A DNA stretch of 64,000 nt from Patescibacteria group bacterium (GTDB lineage Bacteria > Acidobacteriota > Polarisedimenticolia > Gp22-AA2): contig DASRAN010000075.1 of the NCBI GenBank assembly GCA_035638115.1, positions 28,252 to 92,251 of the forward strand, written 5' to 3'. The translations under genes were made by a program, and so were the position numbers. The notes beneath the pieces are model-generated. The model did no database searches. It was given only the letters and a program-made list of their open reading frames with translations, and was not told the origin of the DNA. Shown here piece after piece: positions 56,801-64,000 of the stretch (positions within the stretch are counted from its first letter, which is position 1; each line of letters begins with the position of its first letter).

Positions 56801-59533
56801 GTCGCTGACCGCGACGTTGGAGATGACTGGTCCCTGGCTGTCAATCGTTGCGGTCGCGGTCCGATTCCCCGTCGGGCAACCGCCGCCGTTCGTGTCGTTG
56901 TACACCGCATCAATCGTATCGCCGTGCTTCACCTCGAGCTGACCGTTCCCCGAGATGGGTAAGTTGGCCGGATGGAGTTGGACAGAACCGACGAAGACTC
57001 CCGTGTGAGCACCGGTCTCGGTCAATGTGATCGACTCACCCGCCGTCTCGGTCGTGCTCGTGACCGCGATCGTGGTGACGTCCACGGAGCCCGGGTTGAC
57101 GTCGAGGTCGGTGTCGCTGAGCTCGAGTTGGGCCAGGTTACTGGGGTCGTACACCGGTTGCCGGAACGCGATGCCCGCGCGCGCCTCGACAGTCTGCCCC
57201 GTCACGACGAGCGCGAAGGGCTGAGGACCGGGATCCTCGGTCGTCGCCCCAACACCTTCTGGGACGTCGGCGCCGTAGACGTCGATCGTCCAGGTCCCGA
57301 GCTGGAGGTTCGAGATGACGCGCACGCGCTCGACGTTGTTCAGGTTGTCGACCGAAGTCGCGTCGGGGATCGACTCGGCCGGGTTGTAGTGGTGGAACTG
57401 GTTCCCGCGATAGACCGTTCCGTTTGGCGCGGTGACGGTGAGATCGAGATCATTCACGAGGTTGTGAACGAGCGTGTTCGCCGCCGCGGCGTGATCAGTC
57501 CAGACGAGGGTGACCTCGAGCGGAGACGTCGTCCCGCCGACGTTGAACTGGACCTGCGCATGCTGCCCGGTCTCGACGCCGGTTCGGTCGTCATCGACGA
57601 GCAGGTGCTCCGGGTCGCACTGGAAGCTCAGAGCCTTGTCCAGCACGATGCGGCCCCAGCCCTGATTGTCGTTCGGATATCGGGTCTCACCGTTGTCGTA
57701 GGCGCCCGCACCGTTCATCTCCTGTGAGGAGTGTATGAGCATCGCCTTGATCAGGGCGCCTGTCGGAACCTTGATGTCGTTCGCGTTCTTGGTGCCGCTC
57801 GGATACCACCCCTCCCTGAAGTACTCGCGCACCAGCGCCGCGGCGCCCGCGACAGCGGGGGCCGCCATGCTCGTCCCGAACAACGGCTTGTAGGAGGTGT
57901 ACTTTGTGCCGTCGGTCTCGGGACAGGGATCCTGCGGTGGCAGGACTGTCGTGTCGTAGTAGCAGCCGCGCGCCGAGTAGATCGCTTCCCCTGGGGCCAT
58001 GACGTCGGGCTTGATGCGCCCGTCCTCGACCGGACCGCGGCTGCTGAACAGGCGACCATTGTGGAACGCGAGATTCGAGGCGAACTCTCCGTTGGCGGAC
58101 GCTCCGACCGCAATGGCGTTCTTCGCCGAGGCCTGGGCGTTGACGGTCGTGAGGTTCGGTCCGTGGTTGCCAGCGCTGAAGATCACCGTGAAGTCAGGAT
58201 GGTCCCAGAGATAGCCGTCGATGGCGCTCGAGTCAGTCGTGTAGTAGGGCAGCGGGTTGCCCCAGCTGTCCGAATGGATCCAGGAGGCCTCGCCGTCCCG
58301 CTTTCCCACCGGTCGAACGTTGGGGTCCCGGGCGGACTCGAAGAGATTGAAGTAGTCGAAGCCGACCGGAAGCGCGGTTCCGCTCACCATGTCCTGGACC
58401 TGGAGCTTGGCCTTGAAGGCGTCGCCGTCGTGAACCTCGGTGCGCTCCGCGGCGCAGTCGGGACTGTTGTACTCCTCCTCATTGCATTGGGGGCTGCGCT
58501 CGCCGTCGCCATCGAAAACGCCTGCGGTGCCGGCGTCTCCCAGGATGATCCCCGCCACGTGCGAGCCGTGGTTGGCGGGTGGGTTGTCGTAGGCGTCCCC
58601 CGTCAGGGTGGTGGGCGTGTAGTAGGCGGTGACCTTGCGGTGGTTCGGTCCCGGCGACACCGTGTCATGGAAGGCGGGGTGTCTCAAGTCGACCCCGGTA
58701 TCGGCAATCGTCACCGTCTCACCGCTGCCGTTGATCTCGCGGTCATGCAGAGGCCTGGCCTTCGTCGTCGCATCGCCGGACTGGACCGTCCAGGACGAGA
58801 TGTCGCTGTCCATCTCGATCGACCCGGCACGCTCGATCCAGGATACCGACGATTCCCGGGCGAGCTCTTCGAGCCGCGCGCGTGGCAGCGTCACCCGAAG
58901 AACGCCCTGCTGGCTGTCCGTCGTCATGGCGTCGGTCCCGCCCAGTTCCTCCACCGTCTTCAGCATCTCCTCGAACCGCGACGGCTCGATCGCCGCGACG
59001 TTCACGGCGATCTCCCCGGACGTGTCGACAGACCTCGTCGATGCGACCTCCCCAGCCGCTCGCGCCGATTGCAACCGCCGTTCGTTCAGGACCGCATCGA
59101 ATGACAAGGCGAGGTCGGCGCTCATCTTGTAGGCGGGCTGGAACTCACCGATCCAGCGGATCGAGCTGTGCGCCTTCAGCCGCCGCAGCGAACCGGGCTC
59201 GATCCGGACGATGAACGCGTTGTCGTAAACGTAGTGGAGAATCTGCAGCCCCTCGCCCGCCAGGGCTTTGCGGGTGTCGAGCGCGCGATCCCTGAGCTGC
59301 ACGACGTAGTACGCCTGCCCCCCTGGGGTGCGCTTCTCATTGCTCAGGCGCGGGGGCAGGTTCGGTCGCTCTCGGAGCGGATCGAAGCGATATGGCCCGA
59401 GCGTCACCACCAGGGGCGGGCCTCGACGTATTGCAATCTTGTCCTGCTTCGGAAGCGCAACGGCCGCCGTCGCGACGACCAGCAGCAGGACGACGAACAC
59501 GAATGCGGCGTGTGTCCGGTTCAAGAGTCGCAT
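53897..59533 (-). CDS. Giant secreted S8 family serine peptidase (subtilase) with FN3-like, PQQ-like beta-propeller and Cys-rich MopE-type repeat modules
   Basis: 1878 aa from the ATG at 59533 (MRLLNRT...), with RBS GGAGGG 5 nt upstream; the listed start at 59545 is an upstream ATG. Catalytic triad context: Asp (TIADTGVD), His (HGSHVAGI), Ser (GTSMAAP). Downstream lie a PQQ-type propeller and at least five C.N.DD.C.G..DE repeats. Confidence 0.85.
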   Translation of the reverse strand: MRLLNRTHAAFVFVVLLLVVATAAVALPKQDKIAIRRGPPLVVTLGPYRFDPLRERPNLPPRLSNEKRTPGGQAYYVVQLRDRALDTRKALAGEGLQILHYVYDNAFIVRIEPGSLRRLKAHSSIRWIGEFQPAYKMSADLALSFDAVLNERRLQSARAAGEVASTRSVDTSGEIAVNVAAIEPSRFEEMLKTVEELGGTDAMTTDSQQGVLRVTLPRARLEELARESSVSWIERAGSIEMDSDISSWTVQSGDATTKARPLHDREINGSGETVTIADTGVDLRHPAFHDTVSPGPNHRKVTAYYTPTTLTGDAYDNPPANHGSHVAGIILGDAGTAGVFDGDGERSPQCNEEEYNSPDCAAERTEVHDGDAFKAKLQVQDMVSGTALPVGFDYFNLFESARDPNVRPVGKRDGEASWIHSDSWGNPLPYYTTDSSAIDGYLWDHPDFTVIFSAGNHGPNLTTVNAQASAKNAIAVGASANGEFASNLAFHNGRLFSSRGPVEDGRIKPDVMAPGEAIYSARGCYYDTTVLPPQDPCPETDGTKYTSYKPLFGTSMAAPAVAGAAALVREYFREGWYPSGTKNANDIKVPTGALIKAMLIHSSQEMNGAGAYDNGETRYPNDNQGWGRIVLDKALSFQCDPEHLLVDDDRTGVETGQHAQVQFNVGGTTSPLEVTLVWTDHAAAANTLVHNLVNDLDLTVTAPNGTVYRGNQFHHYNPAESIPDATSVDNLNNVERVRVISNLQLGTWTIDVYGADVPEGVGATTEDPGPQPFALVVTGQTVEARAGIAFRQPVYDPSNLAQLELSDTDLDVNPGSVDVTTIAVTSTTETAGESITLTETGAHTGVFVGSVQLHPANLPISGNGQLEVKHGDTIDAVYNDTNGGGCPTGNRTATATIDSQGPVISNVAVSDIGSHRARITWTTDEAADGAVFYGVYPPLTGSATGLPGITVHGVDLSGLSPGVTYLFSVQSTDLLGHMTSDNQGGAFYQFTTAAAPDFQLEWPTYQGNASRQGASGAFFIPPLSETPATTSCTPPSTTWGAVVSDGVVYSAESNGYLRARDEFTGDILWETQVGLNLGTGMPAILGNRLYAYVSFDNTSYGIVSVRLTAEGSDAAGSVADSLEPTSFRLWSGVADMSASDGKLIVRTDSGGFGVLNPDLSEVWVVNLAASSVVVGDGKLVAALQIGDELHLNTYALTTGTLTAAFDLEDPLADPDDTQRQHSYWDDTSMYAGGIVYLDLKGESGPGQGGLCAVDAATGQVVWAVATPVSPDSAPAFDGDALYFTTSDSSTGKSTCYALDAQTGRTLWQETLAAPAAAPPIWVDGVVYLSMWNGHLLVLDSASGATLQDIDEACSSHGFRLSADGSTGSIWTADGCGHLLGYFASDDPDDDNDGDPNSTDCAPLNAAVFHGRPEVCNNIDDNCVDGVDEGFDSDGDGIADCYDTDDDGDGDPDITDCAPLNPWIHHGAAEVCNGVDDNCNGVIDEGFDGDSDGYTSCAGDCNDSNANIHPGATEVCNGVDDDCNGLADEAPDADGDGYACSQDCNDSDPRIFGTESTARYASCFDNLDNDCDGVVDMDCAIDVGDTSISQGTFTGLASMRANSYDDELYGTSVEGGIMKKVQQYFTFYSPSQSVAWDLRVEGFRVPGNGDNFVFNTATKTSSGKCTGSAGESYTSAFTVSSLSETLQTASLGYPPGGQNVSFCVKITDSNQGSDSVADTLKMDRMYLFPALFDAKAQSEFTTTGEREEGSYLDTYADDYQQEELVETGDALVHTWKFPDVPIGGGHKLALRGWRTNGDGDNFQFYYATPQTGVWPEQPGNFTAISGALINVALNGTIGEFSFGPGGLSGTVWIRVIDTVPNGGVSTDLYVDKLIIKTTP
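54880..55330. repeat. Array of divergent Cys-rich module repeats (about 35-45 codons each) within the subtilase gene
   Basis: Recurrent DNA words such as ccgttgcacacctc (55117, 55287). The same word occurs at 7978 in the first giant gene. Confidence 0.6.
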
Positions 59534-59837
59534 TTCACCCTCCATGAAGTCGCTTTCCTCACACGACTCGTGCGGATTGGATTCTCATCGTCTAGCCTCG
59601 ATCAGTTGCTCGAGCCTGATGCGGATGAATCGCGTTGTCGGCGACGGACGTGGCTGCGAATGGCCACGACCGGCGAGCCGACCTCCGGTCCACCGAGCGT
59701 TTGTAGATACAGATTCAGTCGTCGCGCCGTCTGGTTCCATGAATCTTGAATCGATCCGGCCGATCCCGCCGGGACCGTGGCCGGCGCCGCAGGCTCTGTG
59801 CTAGCCTCGCCTCACCGGCTCGCTCGAAGATGGCTCG

Positions 59838-62800
59838 ATGATGGGGGGAAGCTTCGTGGGTTGTCGATTCGGAGTGGTCTTCCTTTGCTCTCTGTTCGTA
59901 CTGTCGTTCGGCCCGATCCTCGGAGGAGAGAGTGGGGCGCCCACCTCCCCGGCGACGGCCGCCCTGCCGTCCGTCGCCGCCGCTCCGGCTGAGCCGACCG
60001 CGGCGCCGGACGATCCGGCCGTCGCGCGGGTCCAGAAGCTCGTGGATGACGGGCACTACGCTGAGGCCGAGACGGCGGCACGCGAATTCCTCACGGCCAG
60101 GAAGGCCGCGGGCGACACCGAATCGAAGTCGGTGGCCCGCGTGACTCAAGCGCTCGTCGAGGCGCTCACCAAGGGCACGAAGGCGCGGGAGCCTGCGACG
60201 CGGGAGCTGGCCCTGCGCTCCGTCGATCTCTCACGCCGGCTGTACGGGGAGGAGAGCGACGACCACGCAGAGAGCCTGTTCGACCTCGGCGAGCTGGCGT
60301 TCCGGAACGAGTCGCTCGACGAGGCGCGCTCGGCCTACGCGCGGACCATGGCGATCCAGGAAAAGATCCACGGGCCGAGGAGCCCACAGGTGGCGTTCAC
60401 GCTCAGCAAGGCGGCCGCGGTCGAAGGGGTGAGCGGCCATTTCAAGGCCTGCCGCGAATTCCTGGAGCGGGCGGTCTCGATCCAGGAGGAGACGCTGGGA
60501 CCCGACGCACTCCAGGTCGCCGCCGTGCGACACAACCTCTCGGTCATGATGTCGAATACCGGCGACCTTCTCGGCGCCGTGGACGAGAACGAGAAAGTGC
60601 TCGCCATCCGCACGAAGCGGCTCCCACCCGACCACCAGCTCACCGCCATGACGACGCAGAACCTTGCATTCCTCAAGTACAGGCTTGGAGATTTCGTCGC
60701 GGCGGAGGGACTCTTCAAAAAGGCGCTCGGGATGCAGGAGCGCAGTCTCGGCCCGGAGCACGCCGATGTCGGCCTGACGCTGGGAAACCTGGCGGCGACT
60801 CTCGCCGCGATGGGACGGCTGCCGGAGGCCCGTGCCGACTACGAGCGGGCGCTGGCGATCTTCGAGACTTCGGTCACGGCGAACCATTCGCTTCTCGCCC
60901 GCTGCCGCTCGGAACTCGCGGCGGTTCTGGCGCAGATGGGCGAGGGGGCCCGCGCCAGGGAAATGATATCGGCCGCGATTCCCAGTCTCGAGGCGAAGTT
61001 CGGAACCGTGAATCAAGAGGTCGCGGGGGCGCTTCACGACCTGGCCGACATCGAGGAAGGTCTCGGCGAGACCGAGGCGGCCCGCCGGCACAACGAGCAG
61101 GCGTTGTCGATCTTCGACTCGGTCTACGGCCCGGACAATCCCTTCTCGACGCGCACCCTGATCAGTCTCGGCGAGCTGCGGCTCGACGCCGGCGATTTCG
61201 AGGGAGCGGAGCCGCTCCTGCGCCGGGCCCTCGCCATCGATGACTCCGCGCTCGGAGCCCAGCATCCCGAGGGAGCGCGCGTGCGCGTCGATCTGGCGCG
61301 TCTCGCCCTCGCACGCGGAAACGGCGACGAGGCGATGCGTACAGCGCTTCAGGCCGAGGAGATCCTCCGCGCCCACTTCGATCACCTGCTCCTCGGACTG
61401 TCCGAGCAGGACGCGCTGGACTACGAACGGGTCCGCGTCTCGGGTCTCGGGGTCGCTCTCTCCGTCCTGGCGTCGCGCGGAGGGCGCGCGCAGGATCCCT
61501 CGTCCGTGGAGCAGGTCTGGAGCGGCCTCGCCGGCTCGCGCGCGCTCGTCCTCGATCGGATCGCCTCGCGTCACCGGCTTCTCGTCACCTCCGCGACGCC
61601 CGAGGCGAAGGCGATGACCCGCTCGCTGGCGGCGGCGACCAACCGGCTCGCGTCTCTCGTGGTGAAGGGGCCCGATCCCGGGCATCCAGGTGATTACCGC
61701 CGCGCCCTGTCCGAGGCGACGGAGGAACGGGAGCGGATCGAGCGCGACGTCGCGCAGCTCAGCGGGGCGCGGACGGCGGATCCCGCAGGGGCCGCCTCGT
61801 TCGGCGCGATCAAGGAGACGCTCCCGCCGGGAACGGCGCTCCTCGCATTCGTCAGGTTTGCGCGGACTGCCGTGGCCGTCCCCAATGCCAAGCCCACCGC
61901 CGGCAAGACGCCGGGCCGGCCCACGCCGACGTACGCCGCGTTCGTCTTGAACGGCGGTCGATCGGCCCCACGATTCATGGTCCTGGGCAGCGCGGAGGCG
62001 ATCGAGCCGCTCGTTTCGTCCTGGATGAAGGAGGCCGCGCAACCCGGTGCGCCGCCGCCGGGACCGGCCGCGGAGCTGCGTTATCGCGACGCGGCGGCCG
62101 CGATCCGCGCGAAGGTGTGGGATCCGGTCGAAAAAGCGCTCTCGGGCGCGCGGACGATCTTCGTCGTCGCCGACGGCGCCATCAACCTCGTCAACTTCGC
62201 CGCGCTCCCGGTGGGGGATCACGATTACCTCATCGAGCGGGGCCAGGTGTTTCACTACCTCTCGGCCGAGAGGGATCTCCTGGAGCACGGCGCACGCCCT
62301 CCGGGAAAGCCCGGCAGTCTCGTGGTCGGCGCGCCCGATTTCGACGCCGCGCCGGATGTCATCGCCCAGGTCGCGGGCATGTCACCAACAGCCCCGGAGG
62401 GAACCACCCCCACGGCGGCGCCTCCGGGGGCGGTGTTCCGCGGTTCCACGTCCACCTGCGCCGATTTCACCATGCTCCGGTTCGAGCCTCTTCCGGCGGC
62501 GCTGGAGGAGGCGTCGGCCGTGGAATCGATCTGGCGGCGCGCCGCGGTCGCGACGACGCAGGGCGACGACTCAGGAACGACGCGGCTGACCGGCCCGCTC
62601 GCCTCCGAGGCGGCGTTCAAGGCGATTGCGCCGCAACGGGGCCGGCTGCATCTCGCCACGCACGGCTTCTACCTTGGCGCGGCGTGCGGCGAGCCGGGCT
62701 CCGTCTCGACCGGCCTCGAGGACGATCCCCTCCTGCTCTCGGGCATCGCCCTCGCCGGCGCCAACAATCGCGCCACGGCGTCAAAGGACGCCGAGGACGG

Positions 62801-63155
62801 AATCCTGACCGCCGAGGAGATCGCGTCTCTCGATCTGTCGGGCGTCGAGTGGGCCGTCCTGTCCGGTTGCGAGACGGCGCTCGGTTCGATTCAGGCTGGC
62901 GAGGGGATCTTCGGCCTGCGCCGCGCGTTCGAAGTCGCCGGGGCCGACACCTTGATCATGAGCCTGTGGAAAGTGGAAGACCGGGCGACGCTCGAGTGGA
63001 TGAAGGAGCTCTACGAGCGCCACGCCGCCGGTGTTCCGGTTCCGGACGCGGTGCGCGACGCAGGCCTCGCGGTTCTTCGCGCGCGTCGCCACAAGGGTTG
63101 GAGCACCCACCCCTTCTACTGGGGCGCCTTCGTGTCGGCGGGCGGCTGGCGGTAG
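59838..63155 (+). CDS. TPR-repeat + CHAT domain protein (caspase-like peptidase fold), secreted/lipoprotein-like N-terminus
   Basis: 1105 aa. N-terminal hydrophobic signal with Cys (FLCSLFVLSFG). About 10 TPR-like repeats. C-terminal CHAT domain with a His (LHLATHGFY) / Cys (AVLSGCETALG) dyad and a terminal W...HP.YWGAF motif. Confidence 0.8.
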   Translation: MMGGSFVGCRFGVVFLCSLFVLSFGPILGGESGAPTSPATAALPSVAAAPAEPTAAPDDPAVARVQKLVDDGHYAEAETAAREFLTARKAAGDTESKSVARVTQALVEALTKGTKAREPATRELALRSVDLSRRLYGEESDDHAESLFDLGELAFRNESLDEARSAYARTMAIQEKIHGPRSPQVAFTLSKAAAVEGVSGHFKACREFLERAVSIQEETLGPDALQVAAVRHNLSVMMSNTGDLLGAVDENEKVLAIRTKRLPPDHQLTAMTTQNLAFLKYRLGDFVAAEGLFKKALGMQERSLGPEHADVGLTLGNLAATLAAMGRLPEARADYERALAIFETSVTANHSLLARCRSELAAVLAQMGEGARAREMISAAIPSLEAKFGTVNQEVAGALHDLADIEEGLGETEAARRHNEQALSIFDSVYGPDNPFSTRTLISLGELRLDAGDFEGAEPLLRRALAIDDSALGAQHPEGARVRVDLARLALARGNGDEAMRTALQAEEILRAHFDHLLLGLSEQDALDYERVRVSGLGVALSVLASRGGRAQDPSSVEQVWSGLAGSRALVLDRIASRHRLLVTSATPEAKAMTRSLAAATNRLASLVVKGPDPGHPGDYRRALSEATEERERIERDVAQLSGARTADPAGAASFGAIKETLPPGTALLAFVRFARTAVAVPNAKPTAGKTPGRPTPTYAAFVLNGGRSAPRFMVLGSAEAIEPLVSSWMKEAAQPGAPPPGPAAELRYRDAAAAIRAKVWDPVEKALSGARTIFVVADGAINLVNFAALPVGDHDYLIERGQVFHYLSAERDLLEHGARPPGKPGSLVVGAPDFDAAPDVIAQVAGMSPTAPEGTTPTAAPPGAVFRGSTSTCADFTMLRFEPLPAALEEASAVESIWRRAAVATTQGDDSGTTRLTGPLASEAAFKAIAPQRGRLHLATHGFYLGAACGEPGSVSTGLEDDPLLLSGIALAGANNRATASKDAEDGILTAEEIASLDLSGVEWAVLSGCETALGSIQAGEGIFGLRRAFEVAGADTLIMSLWKVEDRATLEWMKELYERHAAGVPVPDAVRDAGLAVLRARRHKGWSTHPFYWGAFVSAGGWR

Positions 63156-63982
63156 TCGACGCGCAGGACGGCGCGGTAGATCGGCGCCGCCGCGGGATCC
63201 GCCGCCTGCACGACGAACTCATAGTCCCCCGCCGGCAGCTCCGAGGTCGGAATCGGCGGAAGGTTGACCATCTCCGCGGTCTCGAGATGCCGACGAATCC
63301 GTCCCGCGGGCATCGCGAACGACCAGACGGGAGCCCCGCCGGGGGGGCGCAGCTCGAAGCGGATATTTTCCGTGTCGTCGATTCCGGACGGGAACGCGAG
63401 CGGCACGGCGGCGGCGATCTGGGTCTCAAGAGGATCGAGCGTCCAGACCTGCCGCGTGGTCTCCGCGCCGCGGAGCATCGCCGGCAGGACGTGGAGGATC
63501 GGCGCAGCGCCCGCGGCCGCCGCGTCCTCCCGCGCCGGCATGGACGGACCCACCCCCGGTGGGGCCGTCGACACGGAGGGCCGGCCCGATCGCTCGATCT
63601 GCATCCCGACGAGAAGACCCACGACCGCCGCGGCCGCGGCGGTCGTGCCGATGGCCGTCCAGCTCCGGCCGCGGCTCCGCGCCTGCGTCATCGGCCCGGC
63701 CGGGCGCCGGGCGATCCGACGCCTCCAGAACTCGACCTCGAGGCCGCACGAGGCGCAGGCCGCGACGTGGCTCGCGACAGTCGGATCGGCTCCTGCACCG
63801 TCCGCCGCCGCAAGACGTCGCAGCGTGCCCGTGTCGGGATGCGCTCCGAACATCGCCTCTCCCTGGGCCGCGACACGCGTCCCGATCTCCTTGAGATCGT
63901 CCGCCGCAGCGCGGCACGACTCGCAACCGGCGAGGTGCCCTTCGACGAAGCGGCGCTGGTCGTCTGACAACCGCGCCGCCAC
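63116..63982 (-). CDS. Putative anti-sigma factor (zf-HC2 N-terminus, single TM, extracytoplasmic C-domain)
   Basis: N-terminal HLAGCESC...HVAACASCGLE zinc-finger motif. TM segment WTAIGTTAAAAAVVGLLVG. 40-bp convergent overlap with the CHAT gene. The upstream partner lies beyond the window edge. Confidence 0.55.
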   Translation of the reverse strand: MAARLSDDQRRFVEGHLAGCESCRAAADDLKEIGTRVAAQGEAMFGAHPDTGTLRRLAAADGAGADPTVASHVAACASCGLEVEFWRRRIARRPAGPMTQARSRGRSWTAIGTTAAAAAVVGLLVGMQIERSGRPSVSTAPPGVGPSMPAREDAAAAGAAPILHVLPAMLRGAETTRQVWTLDPLETQIAAAVPLAFPSGIDDTENIRFELRPPGGAPVWSFAMPAGRIRRHLETAEMVNLPPIPTSELPAGDYEFVVQAADPAAAPIYRAVLRVDYRQPPADTKAPQ

Positions 63983-64000
63983 ATAGTCGGCGAGCAGGTC

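Overview
This is a high-GC (about 70 %) bacterial chromosomal window. I found no mobile elements and no CRISPR arrays. Because of the GC content every frame carries long shadow ORFs; real genes were picked by recognisable protein families, GC3 and gene-to-gene coupling, and start codons were re-derived by hand.

Layout, left to right:
- 1-5 kb: phosphate-sensing locus. pstC' (3' end), pstA, pstB and phoU on the plus strand, phoR and phoB on the minus strand. The phoB promoter region carries 11-bp-periodic Pho-box-like repeats flanked by perfect TATAAT boxes, shared with a divergent DUF2934 small-protein gene.
- 5.4-7.5 kb: alpha-glucan phosphorylase.
- 7.6-11.6 kb: a giant secreted multidomain protein. 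It has a beta-propeller, TSP3-like Asp-rich repeats, a malectin-like domain and Cys-rich MopE-type repeats, and contains a 162-bp in-frame tandem duplication.
- 11.7-31.4 kb: a large glycoconjugate-modification island.
  - Alkaline-phosphatase-family gene.
  - NodB deacetylase fused to an NTF2-like domain.
  - Three tandem GT-C (GT39/ArnT-like) paralogs, then a DUF2029/GT87-like protein, all linked by GTGA overlaps.
  - An 8-gene minus-strand operon: polysaccharide-deacetylase::GT2 fusion (ArnD/ArnC-like), NodB deacetylase, WecB 2-epimerase, DegT aminotransferase, Gfo/Idh/MocA dehydrogenase, hexapeptide acetyltransferase, FAD oxidoreductase.
  - A polytopic membrane protein with a fused spermidine-synthase-like domain.
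- 31-41.5 kb: EamA transporter, histidine phosphatase, GST, a DUF4139 protein, a multi-GAF hybrid sensor kinase, thiE-thiD and a metallophosphoesterase.
- 41.5-53.8 kb: B12-dependent RNR nrdJ behind a consensus promoter and a roughly 240-nt leader, tRNA-Ser(GGA), pirin, flotillin/SPFH, a previously unannotated SRP RNA in the conserved ffs-dnaX-ybaB-recR arrangement, and an MMPL/RND transporter.
- 53.9-64 kb: a 1878-aa S8 subtilase with FN3, beta-propeller and MopE-type repeats, divergent from a TPR-CHAT protein that overlaps convergently with a zf-HC2 anti-sigma factor at the window edge.

The most interesting candidate system is the 13.3-31.4 kb island. I interpret it as an Arn/Lgm-like pathway: aminosugar nucleotide, then polyprenyl-phosphate carrier, then de-N-acetylation, then transfer by GT-C enzymes.
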